From Lingula anatina (lineage: Eukaryota > Animalia > Brachiopoda), in assembly GCA_051362555.1 (NCBI GenBank), contig CM120644.1, forward strand, positions 4,472,954 through 4,536,953: 64,000 nt of DNA, read 5' to 3'. Both the position numbers and the translations under genes were made by a program. Below are positions 1 through 13,259 of the stretch, piece after piece. The first letter of the stretch is position 1, and every line of letters begins with the position of its first letter. Below the pieces are notes generated by a model that saw only the letters and a program-made list of their open reading frames with translations, was not told the DNA's origin and did no database searches.

Positions 1-141
1 TAGTTTTATTAGCTATATTTTCAACAAATAAACAGATATTTGCTGATAAATCTCAGTTATTTTTTTCTATAGTGAGTGATAAATGAAACTTTATTTGTTA
101 ATTAATTAGATCTTGTTTTCTTTTTTATACAATTTTTTTAC

Positions 142-176
<35 letters not shown>

Positions 177-2442
177 CATCCGCAAAGAACATCTAGTTGC
201 TGTAAAAAGATTGACTGCAAAAATAATGTAGTAGGCGTGCCTGTATGAGTGCGCGCCTGTTGCAATAAAATCTACGTATGCATTTTCTTATTTGACCCAA
301 CAATGACGGTAAGCCTATCTTCCAGACGATTATTAAAACCTTAAACGTACTTTACCACTGTCTAAGTATAGACATTAACCATATCTTCATAATAGATTGT
401 CCGTTTCAATCTTCCTGCCGTCCTTAAGGGTGCTAAGTGCTGTTGACTGCAATAACGGATAATAAGTTTTAGATTTGTTTTGAAGACACACGCATTGCCA
501 TTTGATTACATCGGTTGGTCTGGCCTCTCATTTAGGGTCATCAAAACCTACAGAGTGATTTGCGGTGTGGATTCCATCTTATTTGTGGCTAGTTGATAGA
601 CTTAGGGTAACGAAGACGTGTCATTTCGTTTTCAACATCTTCGAAATACAATGGTTATGATGCTTATAAAGAGATTATACTATTGCACATTTTTGTTGTT
701 GGGCGATTGGGTTTGGTTTTTTAAACATGGGTAACGTTAGCAGAATGACCCACAATCTTGCCTTATGTAAACTTGCTTATTTTAAATTCATGGACATTCG
801 ACAAGATTTTTGTAAAGAAATCAATTTTAATGGTACACTCGAGTTTTGTATGTAGCTGTGTTATTTTGATGTTTCATATAATGGCACTTGTCGTCAACAA
901 CTTCGTATTGTATGTGTTAAAAACATTGTCATCATGTATACATATTATGATGCAACAAAATATTAATTTTCTTGTAATACATAAAATCTCTTCCCATCTC
1001 GAAGGTTGGAAATAAATAAAACGCAAACCGGCTCTCTCCATCTCTCAGTACTTTCTCTAATCACTTAGATGTCCAATGTAAACCTAACATCTATAAGATG
1101 TGATGAACATTATTTTGAACATCTTTTTTTTTTATTTAACGACATTAAAAGTGTTGCTCTACCTGAGAAACATTGCTTTACGATCATAATCAAATGGTCA
1201 CGAACGCGTGATTGGCTTTTCACGACACGAAGTTCGTTATGCATAATAGGTAGAAAACATGATTCGTTTCTTTAGGACCAATTTACTTATTCATTATCAT
1301 TACGAAAAGAAGAAATACAGCCAAAATCTCACTTCATTGAACCTACGGTGTCCTTTGTTATTGGGAATGGCACAAAAATACCACGTATTTGTGATAGCTA
1401 TCAAGTTACCAGCCGGCGTGGGGAATACGGTAATGATTTGATCATTTCGATGTGGAAAAATTTGAATTTGACATTCTACATTGAAAAGTTCTTACCAAAA
1501 GGTTAGAAAAGAGTAATAAACTTAGAGTAATTAACAACTCTATTGAGCATGCGGTAGCAACAAAATTGCCGAGCAGTCTTCCTTATAGTTCTATTCTAAA
1601 TTTAATGGCACCACAAATGCCACACAGAAATACATTTTAGACAAAATTATGTATCTGAAACATTGATAACTTTTCCCGTTAAGAAGATCGAGTCATTGAC
1701 GTAATGTTGACTTTGTTTCAGTGACAAATAGTCACGTGTTGTCTGTGATCTTAGTCATGGCCTTGCATGGTAAATGTATATCTGAGTTGATGTCAGCGCA
1801 TGGAAAATGTAATCTACTATTGTCCCATATCAATAACTGTACAAGAACCGGTGAAAATCTTACAGGCGTGACGGAATGTGATTTGGATGCCTCGATTTAT
1901 AAATGAATGAGTTTCCGTATCTGACCAGTTCAATAAATCATCTTTCTGCAAATGCGATTATCTCTCCTAGTATTAATATTGAATCCTACCGCCAACATTA
2001 AGGATTGATTTTAAGGGTCACCTTAGAAGATACTGTATCGATACAAAAGAAAACTAGCGTGTTGTTGACTAAAAGTATTATCGTTTATTAATATGAAAGA
2101 ATTGCATCTTTTCTAACGCACACTTGACAATTTGGCATCTCACGTAGACTCACGAGTCACTACACAGTTATCTAATGAAAATAATCACATTGGAACGATG
2201 GTCAACCAATCGATGACCGATAATAAATCAACCAGAGATATGGCGATAAAGACAATATAATTGACTCCCAATGTACTGTAATGTATTAAGTGGACTGTAA
2301 ATAAGAGTGACATATTAAGTATTAAATGTATAAGCGATACCTTTAGTCCTCAAGGTCTTGAACTGTCCTTGCTGATAGAGAGGGAGGCCCCGGGCATGAG
2401 GGGTGATTTTACACCCTGACATTGCAAACACCCAAAGACTTA

Positions 2443-2617
2443 GGCCCGATTCAGCATAGGGGACTAACTAGTCCGAGGGTCAAATATGGCGACCCACTAC
2501 AAAGCTTCACGTCTAATCCGCTAGTTGACACTGAAAAGATATTCCGTGGGGAAATATTCAAGTGGGTCGGCTATATTTGACCCTCGGACTAGTTAGTCCC
2601 CTATTCTGAATGGGACC
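2443..2617. mobile_element. PIF/Harbinger-type (Tourist-like) MITE
   Basis: Near-perfect TIRs of about 55 nt (GGCCCGATTCAGCATAGGGGACTAACTAGTCCGAGGGTCAAATAT...) flanked by TTA on both sides. Confidence 0.8.
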
Positions 2618-3616
2618 TTAGGTTGATCTTAGCAACCCGATCCTCGGGGTGAGCTTCACAATTTATAAAATGCCGCAAGAGCGCAAACGACCCTAATTTT
2701 GAGTAAATCAGGATTTTTTGCATATCAGTTTGATTTGGTTAATAAAGAAATTTGTAACCCAGGAAAAAACATAATGCTGGTGGTTTTATAAATTCTTGTC
2801 GCCCACACTGTAGAGATGATATTTCTTCCCAGTAAAAGTGTAAATAAAAGCGAAAACAGACCGACCGACCATAAAATTTAGCTACATGTTCTGTATCAGT
2901 TAAACCTATTGTTAAAATACAATAAATTGATTAATTGATTAATTAATAAATTAATAATACTACTGACCATTTTTTACAGAAAATTGCCTCCTAGTTATCA
3001 TAAGCAACTTTTTTGATTTGTCTTGCACTTAGGAGAGCTTTACAACCCGACATTCACTTTTTTTACCCCGTAACAGGCAGGGCGGGCACCTCTGTCAATC
3101 TCACGGAAGCGCCCTTTTCCTTTGACAGCGCGCTCAAGGTTATATCAGGTTGCCAAGGTAACCAAGGCAACTCAGGAGGATATTCTGTTATTACGAAACA
3201 TATCTCCCATATCCCAAGCTTGCCCCACATTCAGTTAATCGATTTTTTTTTTTTTTTTGAGTCTTAATTTGTGAGAGAGAGAGAATGAGGCAAATAATGT
3301 GACAGCTTATTTGTCAAAGTTGAATTTCTCCGTCTGTCTGCTGTGATTAATAAAGATATCATTGTTAAAGGAGATATCATACTTATTTAGTGATTGGATG
3401 TTTCCCTGGCTAACACGCAAAGAGAATTACCATAGCAACAGCTTTCCTTTTCAAGCTATATCTATAGTTATTAAAGACTAAGATGTTTTTTAAGCAGGTA
3501 CTCAAAAAAAAAAAAAAAAAAAAAAAACATAAATCAATTTGCAATGACATCAAGAACGATGTTAAATTATAGTTTCATTTTTATAACTTTGAATTATCAA
3601 ATTTTATTTAAGTTTA

Positions 3617-4528
3617 AGCCTCGGTCACAACCGGACGCACGAATTTCAGGATCGTACGTCCCCTGCGATTTTTGGGTGTTGAGGAGGCCGTGGAGGTCGT
3701 AGAGGTAGAGGAAAGTCTGCCTTGCGAGTCGCAAGGGCCACGAGATGTCCTTTCAAGCAGGGACGCTAATTGCAAGGAGCGATGGCTGTGGAAATTGTAC
3801 TCATTTCTTGAGTTTGTCTTGCTTCCTGTGTACGTGGCACACACTCACCACTTACGAAGGGAATGCAACACAAGACGAAAGTAGTGCCCTTTTGGGTCAG
3901 TTTTGCTTCACACTTGACTCACACGTTTGTGTTGACGTAGTGACGGCGTACGTCAGTTTTGCTTCCTGTTCTCCTCTTCTTTCTTCTTCTTCTTCCCTTT
4001 TTTCTACTATGTAAGCTTTTTTCTCTTGCCTTTTGGAGGCATATTAGAAACTAAATTGAGCAAAAATTTGAAAATTTTGAAAATTGTTGTACACGTTACA
4101 CAGTCGACGTTCATTGTAAAGACACGAGCGTGCGTCGTGAGCACGCCTTTTATACACCAGACGTGGGGGTGACGCACGTGCGATGCATTCCCTGTGTGCT
4201 CTCGACTTTGTTCGTTAGTTGTGAGGGCGTGCGCCTTACTCAACACGCAAATGACACTTGCTCCTTCATTGCTTGCGACGTGCGTCGTGCGCATCGCGCG
4301 TGTCTCTTGCTAACTCCGTGCGAGGGTAACAAGTTGCGCTTGCGGCCTCGCTGTTCGCAGGCTATTCATAGAATCTTTTGGACATGTCCAACATCCTCCG
4401 TACGTGCTTACGGGGTGTCTGCGAACTGGAAATTGTGTAAGAAGGACTTGCGTGGGACGTGAGATTCTGCGCAAAATTTGGACGCAAACAGCCCGTTAGA
4501 TCCCGTGCGCCCGGTTGTGACCGAGGCT
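3617..4528. mobile_element. Non-autonomous TIR DNA transposon, probably PIF/Harbinger
   Basis: TIR AGCCTCGGTCACAACCGG(A/G)CGCACG at both ends in TTAA/TWA context. The interior is CpG-rich with a minus-strand MPPKGKRKK start at 4042 that is cut by a stop. Confidence 0.8.
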
Positions 4529-5099
4529 TAAGCTGGTACAAACTGCTGGTTTTTCACATTCAGAACTTGACTATTTTTAAAAACTATGAAAAGTAGTATT
4601 AAAATACTATGAAATTCCCATGTCCTACCCAATAATCAATTCTTTTCAATTCGAAAATGCGCCAAGTACGCCACAGTAAATGCCCACAGTCTGCAAACTG
4701 AAAATTAAGAGCTTTATCTTGATGGCATTTCATCTAGGACATTTGCAGTCCTCAAAAAATAACAACAGCATAATAAAATAAGGTTGTTATTACAGCATGC
4801 CGTCTTTATCCCTTTCTCCGGGAGGAGGGTTCTGGATACCAGCGCAGACGGGTGACAGTTCATGGTACATGAAGTCAATTTTCGATTAAAAAAGCTGAAA
4901 GTAGACTTTAGACATTTTCTCACCGGGCGTTATAATTTCGCGCTACAGCTCCACCAGTGTGTTTTCAGAGATAGACAAAGTAATAGCTTAGCTATAACGT
5001 AAAAGAATGAGCACCCCCCCCCCCCCCCCGCCCTACGCTCGGCACGGCGCCGCCAGACAGTAGATAGCGAACATGTTGAGAGCTTGTGAAAGAGGGTAA

Positions 5100-5360
5100 A
5101 ATCTCCTGTAGCGTAATTACAATGTAATAATTCCTCACAACCCACCGGGGGCAGCTATATTGCTGTGGTAAAAGCTCGAAAGGACATTGAAAGGTGAATA
5201 CACGGCTGAAAGTTCAACGACCGAGATCTATGTATAGATACCATGCTGGAACCAAGCTTTGAGCTTTGAACTGAAGTCTGGTTTAATTCGCAGTGAAACT
5301 ACAAAAGAAACTCGTCTTCGTGTCATAAAAGAAGCAATTTATATAAGAATAGAACTATAT
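5100..5360 (+). mobile_element. Decayed Penelope-like GIY-YIG endonuclease fragment
   Basis: An SYIA..(YIG-like) segment is followed by KETRLRVIKEAIYIR, like the R.IKEAIYIR motif of Penelope endonucleases; stops are present. Confidence 0.45.
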
Positions 5361-6992
5361 TTCCGTACTTAAGTTTTCCGTTTCGTTATTTTTCGTTCAA
5401 ATTCAAATTCTTGTTTCCCTAAATTGTTTGTTAGTCGACAAATTATTTTCAGCGAAAATTGCCGCTGTTGAAAAAAACAGGCATTTTATTTTTACCTTCT
5501 CTTCAGGTATTTACATAGCTGAAAAATAAATATAATTGGACACGTCCGAAAGATTGTTATTGAATTCAGCGAAGTTCGTCTATTTAACAAGCCATGTTGC
5601 CATGCATTACAAAACACCATGATCCACTTAAAATATTGAAGAAATATTGCAATTTGTTAACTACGAGAGAAAAAAACATCTCGTTAATCCTGTTCTCAGA
5701 ATATGTGTGGCAGTTTATACCGGCATTTTTTTGATAAACTAATTTATCTGCGTGATTAAGTTAATTACTTTTAGGGACGTCCTGAAACACGTTTGATGCG
5801 CGACGGTGAACTCTGCGAAGTAAAAAGAAGCACCTCTCTGTTAAAACTCGAGTTTTTCACCTAGCAGATTTATCGGTCATAAAATCAATCTTCTTGGTTC
5901 TATTTACACGTAAGTAACAAAGACTTAATTTTAATCCCGTTTACTAAAGTGCCCCAAGATATTCAATAAATTCCATGGGGGGGGGGGGGGGGGATGGAGG
6001 GAGCTGTTAAATAATGCTGTGAGAGCGGGGACAGGTCTTGAAATCGTTTAAGTTGATCCTTCTCTCTGGAATAACGTAATGTTGTCTTAACGGTACCGTT
6101 ACCGGTTTGGTACTTTGTACTTCTTTATGATTATTATTACTAGGGTGATTTCTTTTGCCATGCAGCCTGCTAATGAAATGCAGCCATAGAAATTAGTCTA
6201 CCGACTGCTGTCCGTAAATATGACTAATTTTAAAGATCGCCTAGAATTGTAAACACGAATAAGGATCAGGCTTCCCATCGAGTCTCTACAACGATCCCAA
6301 TGCATTTAACACTACACTGACACGTTTTCCATTATTACACATACTTCTTTTCAATCGATAAAAGCCCTATTTATGCTGAGCGGCTTCCTTATATTACTAA
6401 AATTTGAAGTGCGGAGGTAACTGGTGTTACGGATGTCCTTGAGATCCATTTTATCTCGCTGTGCACGCTCTTTTCGACGTGCCCCTCCTGTAGCGCCCCT
6501 AGCGGAAGAGTCTGAAGCTACAGTCCCATCAGGAATCATATCAGCGGTGGCATAATACAGAATATCTTATCTTACCATAATTTATTTTACCAAATAGATA
6601 TACCCGTGACAGACAAAGTCACGTTGGATAGTTAGCTGTATTAATCTGCTAGGTCTTTGATATATACCTGTAGTATACTAAAATGCAAGTATAGACCCCT
6701 CGGAAAAAACGAGTGTCGGTATAGGCCTAAATATGTGCTGCTATTAGATACATACTGGGCAGGGCTAGAGTGACGTAAGTGGGTCAAAATTTAGGAGGGG
6801 CATTACCTGTACATATCAATGTGCACCACAATGAAAATCGTCTATATATACCATGTTGTTATTTTATCCTTATAAATAAAAACAATTTTCCGATCGAGTA
6901 TTGCCGTTATAAGATACAAAAAGCAAAATGATGGGTTAATATTGATACAAATGTATTAATGCATTGAACATTGTTAAGGGCGTTATAGAATT

Positions 6993-6997
<5 letters not shown>

Positions 6998-7040
<43 letters not shown>

Positions 7041-7063
7041 GTTGTTGTTGTTGTTGTTGTTGT
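6998..7063. repeat. (ATT)n(GTT)n compound microsatellite
   Basis: Read directly from the sequence. Confidence 0.95.
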
Positions 7064-9080
7064 TTCAAAGAAGGCAAATCAATGTAGTAAACAACAGCAT
7101 TCGTCTCTTTTTTTAAACATTTTTTATAACGATTTACCCAATACAATACATAGAAATAGATGTTTTTTCTTTACAGTTCTCTGTAAATGAAACATATAGT
7201 TTAACGATGACTGTTACAATATCGGGCTAGACCTGGGCAAATGGATATGGAATACCTCCACTTGCTATTTAGAACTCTGTGGAAGAAAGTTCTTAATTCA
7301 GACAATACGACAGATATAACAAGTAATATCAAATACGCTATTCATACAAGATAAAAAGTATAGTTTGTAATTACTTTCCTATTTCGTTACGTACACACTC
7401 CTAAGGCTTGAGAGGTCAGCAAATTATCTGTAGAAAATGAACCATCATACCAGGATGAAGCATTATATTCTGACATTGCCAGATAATAAAAGTGAGAAAA
7501 TTTGTCACTAATTTGAGACGACGTGGTTGGGGAAGATATATATCATAAGTATTTAGCCGAGTGTTACATTATATATAAAACATCAATAGAACCAATTAAT
7601 CAAAACCTTAACACAGGAAGTCACCTTGGATACTGCTTTGTGTTAATAATGTGTATGAACACTATCTCTTCCATTGAAAATCTACAATACTTTCACCGAT
7701 CGATGGCCGCGGAACACAGACTTAATATGAGCATTTAATTTCCTACAGCAGACACGTTGCAACCACACAAAAAAACCTTCCCCGTTAAGAGGAACGCCAA
7801 TACTATCATCGGTATATTAAGTAGACACAGTGTAAATTAGCATAAATCAATACCTCCCATGTAGATCGAGAGAGAATTATGAAGAGCTTAACAACCATTA
7901 GTCTGAGCATCAATATGTCTATGGCGAGCAAAAAAAAAATGTGCTGCTTGCGGTATCATTCTCTCTTCGTTTCGAATACAGGCCTAAAACGCTAACGCTT
8001 ATAGTGGACGTTCTCTTTATATGATACGAAAAGCTTCCCCCCCCCCCTTAAAAATCATTATAATAATAAATATTTAAGAAAAGGAAAAACAAACAGAAAA
8101 TCATATAACAACTACGTAACAATAAAACAACTTCGTAAGAGCCCTATATAAATATCAAAAACAGAAATATATGGAGAAAGATTCAAGCATCTGTTTTGTT
8201 TTTGCTATCTTTGCCTGATTACAACTAACCCCATGGGAAAACCATTATGCATTACAGCTTCAGCCTTCAAGAACTTTTTCAGTAAGGGCCTCTACAAATC
8301 CCCTTAAAGCAACTAATTCAAGTAGATTCCACGATATATTTATCATTTATACTAACATACCAGGAGCAACATCTGCCTTATGCCTTATAATATTTTTGTG
8401 GCTCTTGCACTGTGTTCCGTTAGAGGCACAGAATATCGTTTTTATCGTAGATACACTAGTTAAAACATACGGTACAGCCCACGCCATAAGAACCCTGCGC
8501 GACGTTAAATTCCGAGCTTGCATGCGGCGACCTTATTAATTACGGGTTTCATCTGCGGACGGGACTTTCACACACTGGAGGGACCAGACGCCCCTCTACC
8601 CATTACAATACCGGTTGGTCGGGAGTCCTTCAGCCAGGAACTCTGGTAGGGAGTAGGTCCATTATGTCCCATGTCTTATTTTTTATAGAATCCCAAGTGA
8701 CTCTTTAAAAGGATGAGGTCATAGAGTGGATTTCATTTTAACTACGGTCAGATGTACCACTCCTGTGAAATGCGATTTTAAAGTAAAACGAAAATGCGCG
8801 TATTCCGCTTACAATACTAACATAAACTACTGTTACAATTTCGATTTATAAAAGTACACGCGCACTAAAACAATATCGACACAAAAAGTGTTGCGAAACG
8901 CGCGTGTGGGTCTTAATAATAGCGGTGCTGTACCATTTGGATTCTGTACCATTTTTTTTTTTTTTTTCACAGTAACAAGCACACTCAAATCTAGGCAATA
9001 TCAATGTGTCTTATGACTCTGCTTCTGGTTTAATTACATTACCTAGGTAGATAGACAGTAACGGGTTTCTAGGTCAATCT

Positions 9081-9965
9081 TCATTGCTTCAGGGGCGAAT
9101 AGCCTTTGAGTTCGGTGAAAATTTCGGTAAAATATCCAGGATCGCTGTTGATTCGTAGCATGTTTGAGCTGAGTTTGTTTACCACGAGTAAGCATCTGTC
9201 CCAGAATCGATCACGATTGTCCTCAATCAGGAAAGGTTTGAGCGGGTAGCTGATTTCGTTGCCCATGTAAGAATAGGACAAATACAGACAAGTCAGTGTC
9301 ACTGCTTGAAGCTCGTGCTCTGACGTCATGTCGCTCGTGACGAGCTCGCGCACCAGCATGAAGACGAAGACGACGTTGGCGGGATTGATGAAACCGATGT
9401 CTTGCCATCCTTGCAGCAACAGCGCCCGGTCGACGCCGCGAAGCCACATCACAGCGTCGCTAGGTTCCAAACGCTTCACTCTGTAGCACCTTTGGGCCAG
9501 GTATTCCCCTAAACATTTGAGTAGCTCCGACGTGGACGCTTGGATGACAGTCTTTTTTGGACTGGCCGCTGCCACGACCGGTCGTAGCTTCGATACATTG
9601 TTGTTGTTGCTTTTCGCTAAGTTCTCATCTTTGAAACTCTTCAAATTGTAACAGGATATAGATTTGGGTACGCAGTTGTGATTGACGTTTTCAACGTTGT
9701 TCAAGTTATTGTCAACTTTTCCGGAAATTTTGTTGGTCAACTTGAAGAAGTTCTTCTCTTTTTTCTTACCGGTCACGCTGAATTTCTTCCAGCTAAGGCT
9801 ACTCAGGAAGATGGAGTGTCTTTTAAAGTTATTTTTCTCCACCTTCTCGCCTTTCGGTGGAGCAGGTTTGTTGTTGTTGAGGACTTCGTAGTTGAAATTA
9901 TTCAAGTTAATGTCTTCATACAAAGGACGTCGAGGTCGCGGGGAGAATGAAAGCACAGTACCCAT
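9081..9965 (-). CDS. CDK5R1: Cyclin-dependent kinase 5 activator (p35/p39 family), single coding exon, 294 aa
   Basis: Starts MGTVLSFSP (the myristoylated N-terminus of p35) at ATG 9965. Contains [55 protein letters not shown] and [23 protein letters not shown], all hallmark Cdk5-activator motifs. The ORF track starts upstream at a GTG (10037). Confidence 0.97.
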   Translation of the reverse strand: MGTVLSFSPRPRRPLYEDINLNNFNYEVLNNNKPAPPKGEKVEKNNFKRHSIFLSSLSWKKFSVTGKKKEKNFFKLTNKISGKVDNNLNNVENVNHNCVPKSISCYNLKSFKDENLAKSNNNNVSKLRPVVAAASPKKTVIQASTSELLKCLGEYLAQRCYRVKRLEPSDAVMWLRGVDRALLLQGWQDIGFINPANVVFVFMLVRELVTSDMTSEHELQAVTLTCLYLSYSYMGNEISYPLKPFLIEDNRDRFWDRCLLVVNKLSSNMLRINSDPGYFTEIFTELKGYSPLKQ

Positions 9966-10560
9966 GTTGACTTTAGTGTCGATAGTAAATACAACTTTTG
10001 GAGTCGACCTCTTTGCAGGCGTGCTTGGCGTGAACACCCTTTGGTCTCTGAGGACGTTTTAAATATGTCAACAATTTATAGTCCCAATGCAGCCTCTGGT
10101 ATGGCGTTTCTAGGGATGCTTGAAAAGGCTTGCTTGCTTGTTTTATGTTTGATTTTTCCGTTGTTACTGTGGCTCTAAAGCTGATACTGTCGTTTTAACA
10201 GTGCCGGAATTAGCAGGTTAATTAGCACTGTGGAAACGGACGTCAGGTTACGTAGGCACGCGTTAATCAGATGCCATTCAATAAATATGGAACCGCCAAA
10301 GAGTTTTCGAAGAATGTTTTTTAAATATAGTTCAGGTAACCGAAACCTACCTTGTCGAAAAATTTGATGTTTATAAAATGTTTTGTCAAATACGTCGTTA
10401 ACAACCCAAATTCAGTGTTGTAGTTCTCTTCGCCATCTTGGTCTCTATCTAACAGAAACGCTGCGAGAGTTTTCCTTTTCTCAGAAACCTTTCCTGTCCT
10501 TAGGTCTTCTGGAAGCTCCCCGCCTTTCCCCTTGAAATTTCCGAGAAAAAGAATGTTCAC

Positions 10561-10655
10561 AAAATGGCGGCGCGTCGCGGTCGATTCTTGTCGATCGTCT
10601 GCCTGGAATCAACGGCAGACGACCACTGCGAGGACTAATTCCTGATGAGTCATCT
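10561..10655 (-). promoter_or_regulatory. CpG-rich candidate promoter of the Cdk5 activator gene
   Basis: YY1-type AAAATGGCGGC (10561-10571), an inverted pair ATCGTCTGC/GCAGACGAC (10594-10623) and an AP-1-type TGAGTCA, about 0.6 kb upstream of the ATG. Confidence 0.4.
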
Positions 10656-13207
10656 CTCTGAGCAGAACTTGTATTATCTCGTCTTATTCTGACTGATTAA
10701 TTCGATTTAATGCCGCAGCTGCACTCTGCGTTCTCCAATGTATACAATTTTATGCCAATAGCTTGAGTCAGAAGAGAGGAAAAATCGATGTTTTCATATA
10801 AGGTCTTAAGACATCAATACTACTATGCCAGCGCTACAGTGGCGGTAGTATCAGAATGCATGAATATGCGTATTATTTGTCACATTTATTGAACGCCTTT
10901 TATATCATTATTGACCCAAACATGAAGAACAAGCCTAACGCGTTAACTGTCCATACCCCATGGCCCTTGGTAAATGCGCAGGCACCTACTCGTGGATAGT
11001 TGAATGGGTTCATTATAATAAAGAGACAAAACGGAATCGACTTATTTGCCATAGTGATGTGACTTGCTGAAAATCGATATTATCCAATGAAAACACTGAT
11101 GTTATCAGGCGGTCAGAATATAAGCACCAGGGTAAAACCAGTATTGGAGATGTAATTTAAGATGGTGTCTATGAAAAATTTAGCTGTAAACTTATGAAAG
11201 TTGTCTCAATAGCCGGCTTGACGGGAATGGTCTGTAATATAGTAGCCGCTGTCTGTTCCCCGTTGCTTTGTACAGCCAGGTGACATACTGACCCCCGTAC
11301 TCGTGACCAACCTCAACCTGTACTAACCATATAAGGCACTGGACTTCCATTCCTTGGACTACCATTTCTGTCGCACTTGAGAGCATGGGGCCTGTGCCTT
11401 AGAAACCGGCTTGCTCTGAAACAGTGGAAATAATTATCTGGTTTATCCAATCTCTCACTGTTACCTTGTCCCAAAGATTAAACTCTACGTATATTACGGT
11501 ATGCATATACATTTACATAAAACCATTTGGTTTATTATGTGTCTCTTTTGCTTTTAGAAACCAATTAAGATTGGAAGGCAGAATAGTTAGGCTTAATTGG
11601 AGGGAGTTTATCATTTCAGGGTAAGGCACAAGTACTCGATTAATGGATTTCAGAAATAGAAATAATTAGAAAAAAACTATTTGACGTTTTCCAGGAGTTT
11701 TAAATATTTTGTTTTGTTTGTTTACACACACTTTACATGTTCAGTCTTTTACATCCCTGCTTAGTACATGTATATCATGTACTTATGTCGTCTTTTAGTT
11801 CATTCATTTTATCCTAATTTATTTTACTCATTCATCTATTGTCTGTGTGCAGCATCGTGACATTACACGTAGTCGTCAATCGTCTCCCATTGGCAACAAT
11901 CCAGACAAACATACACACGGATTGCCTAATCATGACTACGTATATATTTTTCCTAGGAATCTGTGCACACGGTTGGTTTCTGGTTGAAGTATCGGTCTCG
12001 CGAGATTTGTTGCCGGTTTCGCTGCGCTCGTATTTGATGCTTTGCAGTCCCAAGGGTTTGCGACAACATCAACAATGCCATATATCATTGCCTGCATAAA
12101 GTACGATAAAGAAGGATTGCGTTTATTTTGGACACAAAAACCGATGCAATTACCTCGGGTAGAGCAACTTGGAAATCTTGAGGTCAATTATGATATCTAG
12201 GGACGCAAGCGCTGTGGTTATGTTGGATTTGAGTTACCACATGCACCAGCTGCCTGAAAATCCCCTTATCTACCAGGGACGTAATTAATAGGACTTTACT
12301 AGGACGTATTAAGACTGCTTAGCACGTTTTATATTACATACAGATTGTAGTGGGAATATCTCAGCCTATACCCTTCTATGATTCACTTAAAATGTAAGAT
12401 TCACTTCATGCAATGACCATTTACCCTCTGATATCGGGGTCTCTAAAGAATTAAAGTATGCAATAATTGTGTAACAGACTACTAGTGCCCCCTGTGGCCA
12501 GAGAGAAATCACCATATCTGTGGGGTAGGCCTACTTGCTATTGGCCATAAACTAATAACGCTTTTCAGATTGCGTAAACAGCACCAGCCCGGTAGTTTTA
12601 ACATTTATAGATCAGTAAGGGAGATAGGTGGCAATATTTTCAAAAACACATATTCGTAAAGTGCATTTATAGGAGTGATCATTGGGTGCTCTATATATGT
12701 ATATACGTGTACCAGTACATTGCACAGGATCAAGTTTCCCTTGCAGTTAACATCAAAATTATACAAAATCGTCCCATGCTTTCGGATTAACAGTTTTCGC
12801 ACGAAATGCATGAAGAGGCACTTTTCATTTCAAATGTGCGTATCGGTGATTTAAATGGTGAATGCATTTCTTATTTCATTTTTGAATTTAAATTGATGCA
12901 AACTAGTCGACAATTTTGTGCAAGAAGCAATTCTTAAAACCACTTTTTTTAATTAACGGCATTCAACGTTTACACAGGTATATCATGATTCAAACCGAAC
13001 ACATATAACACACAGAGCGGTTTCTACAGGTAGCATGCAGCTGATAAGCCTAACATTTCTCTGGCTTCCCAGGTCCCCCTTATGACGTGCACTGCATTGA
13101 TTTTCCATCGGATCAATTCCTTACGACTACACCTCAAGTGCTGAGATGGCATCATTATAAGGTTATCTTGGAGTAGAACCGACGCCGCATTTATTGACAA
13201 AATAGCC

Positions 13208-13208
<1 letters not shown>

Positions 13209-13258
<50 letters not shown>
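13209..13258. repeat. (TA)n microsatellite
   Basis: Read directly; similar tracts at about 62170-62225 and 63207-63246. Confidence 0.95.
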
Positions 13259-13259
<1 letters not shown>

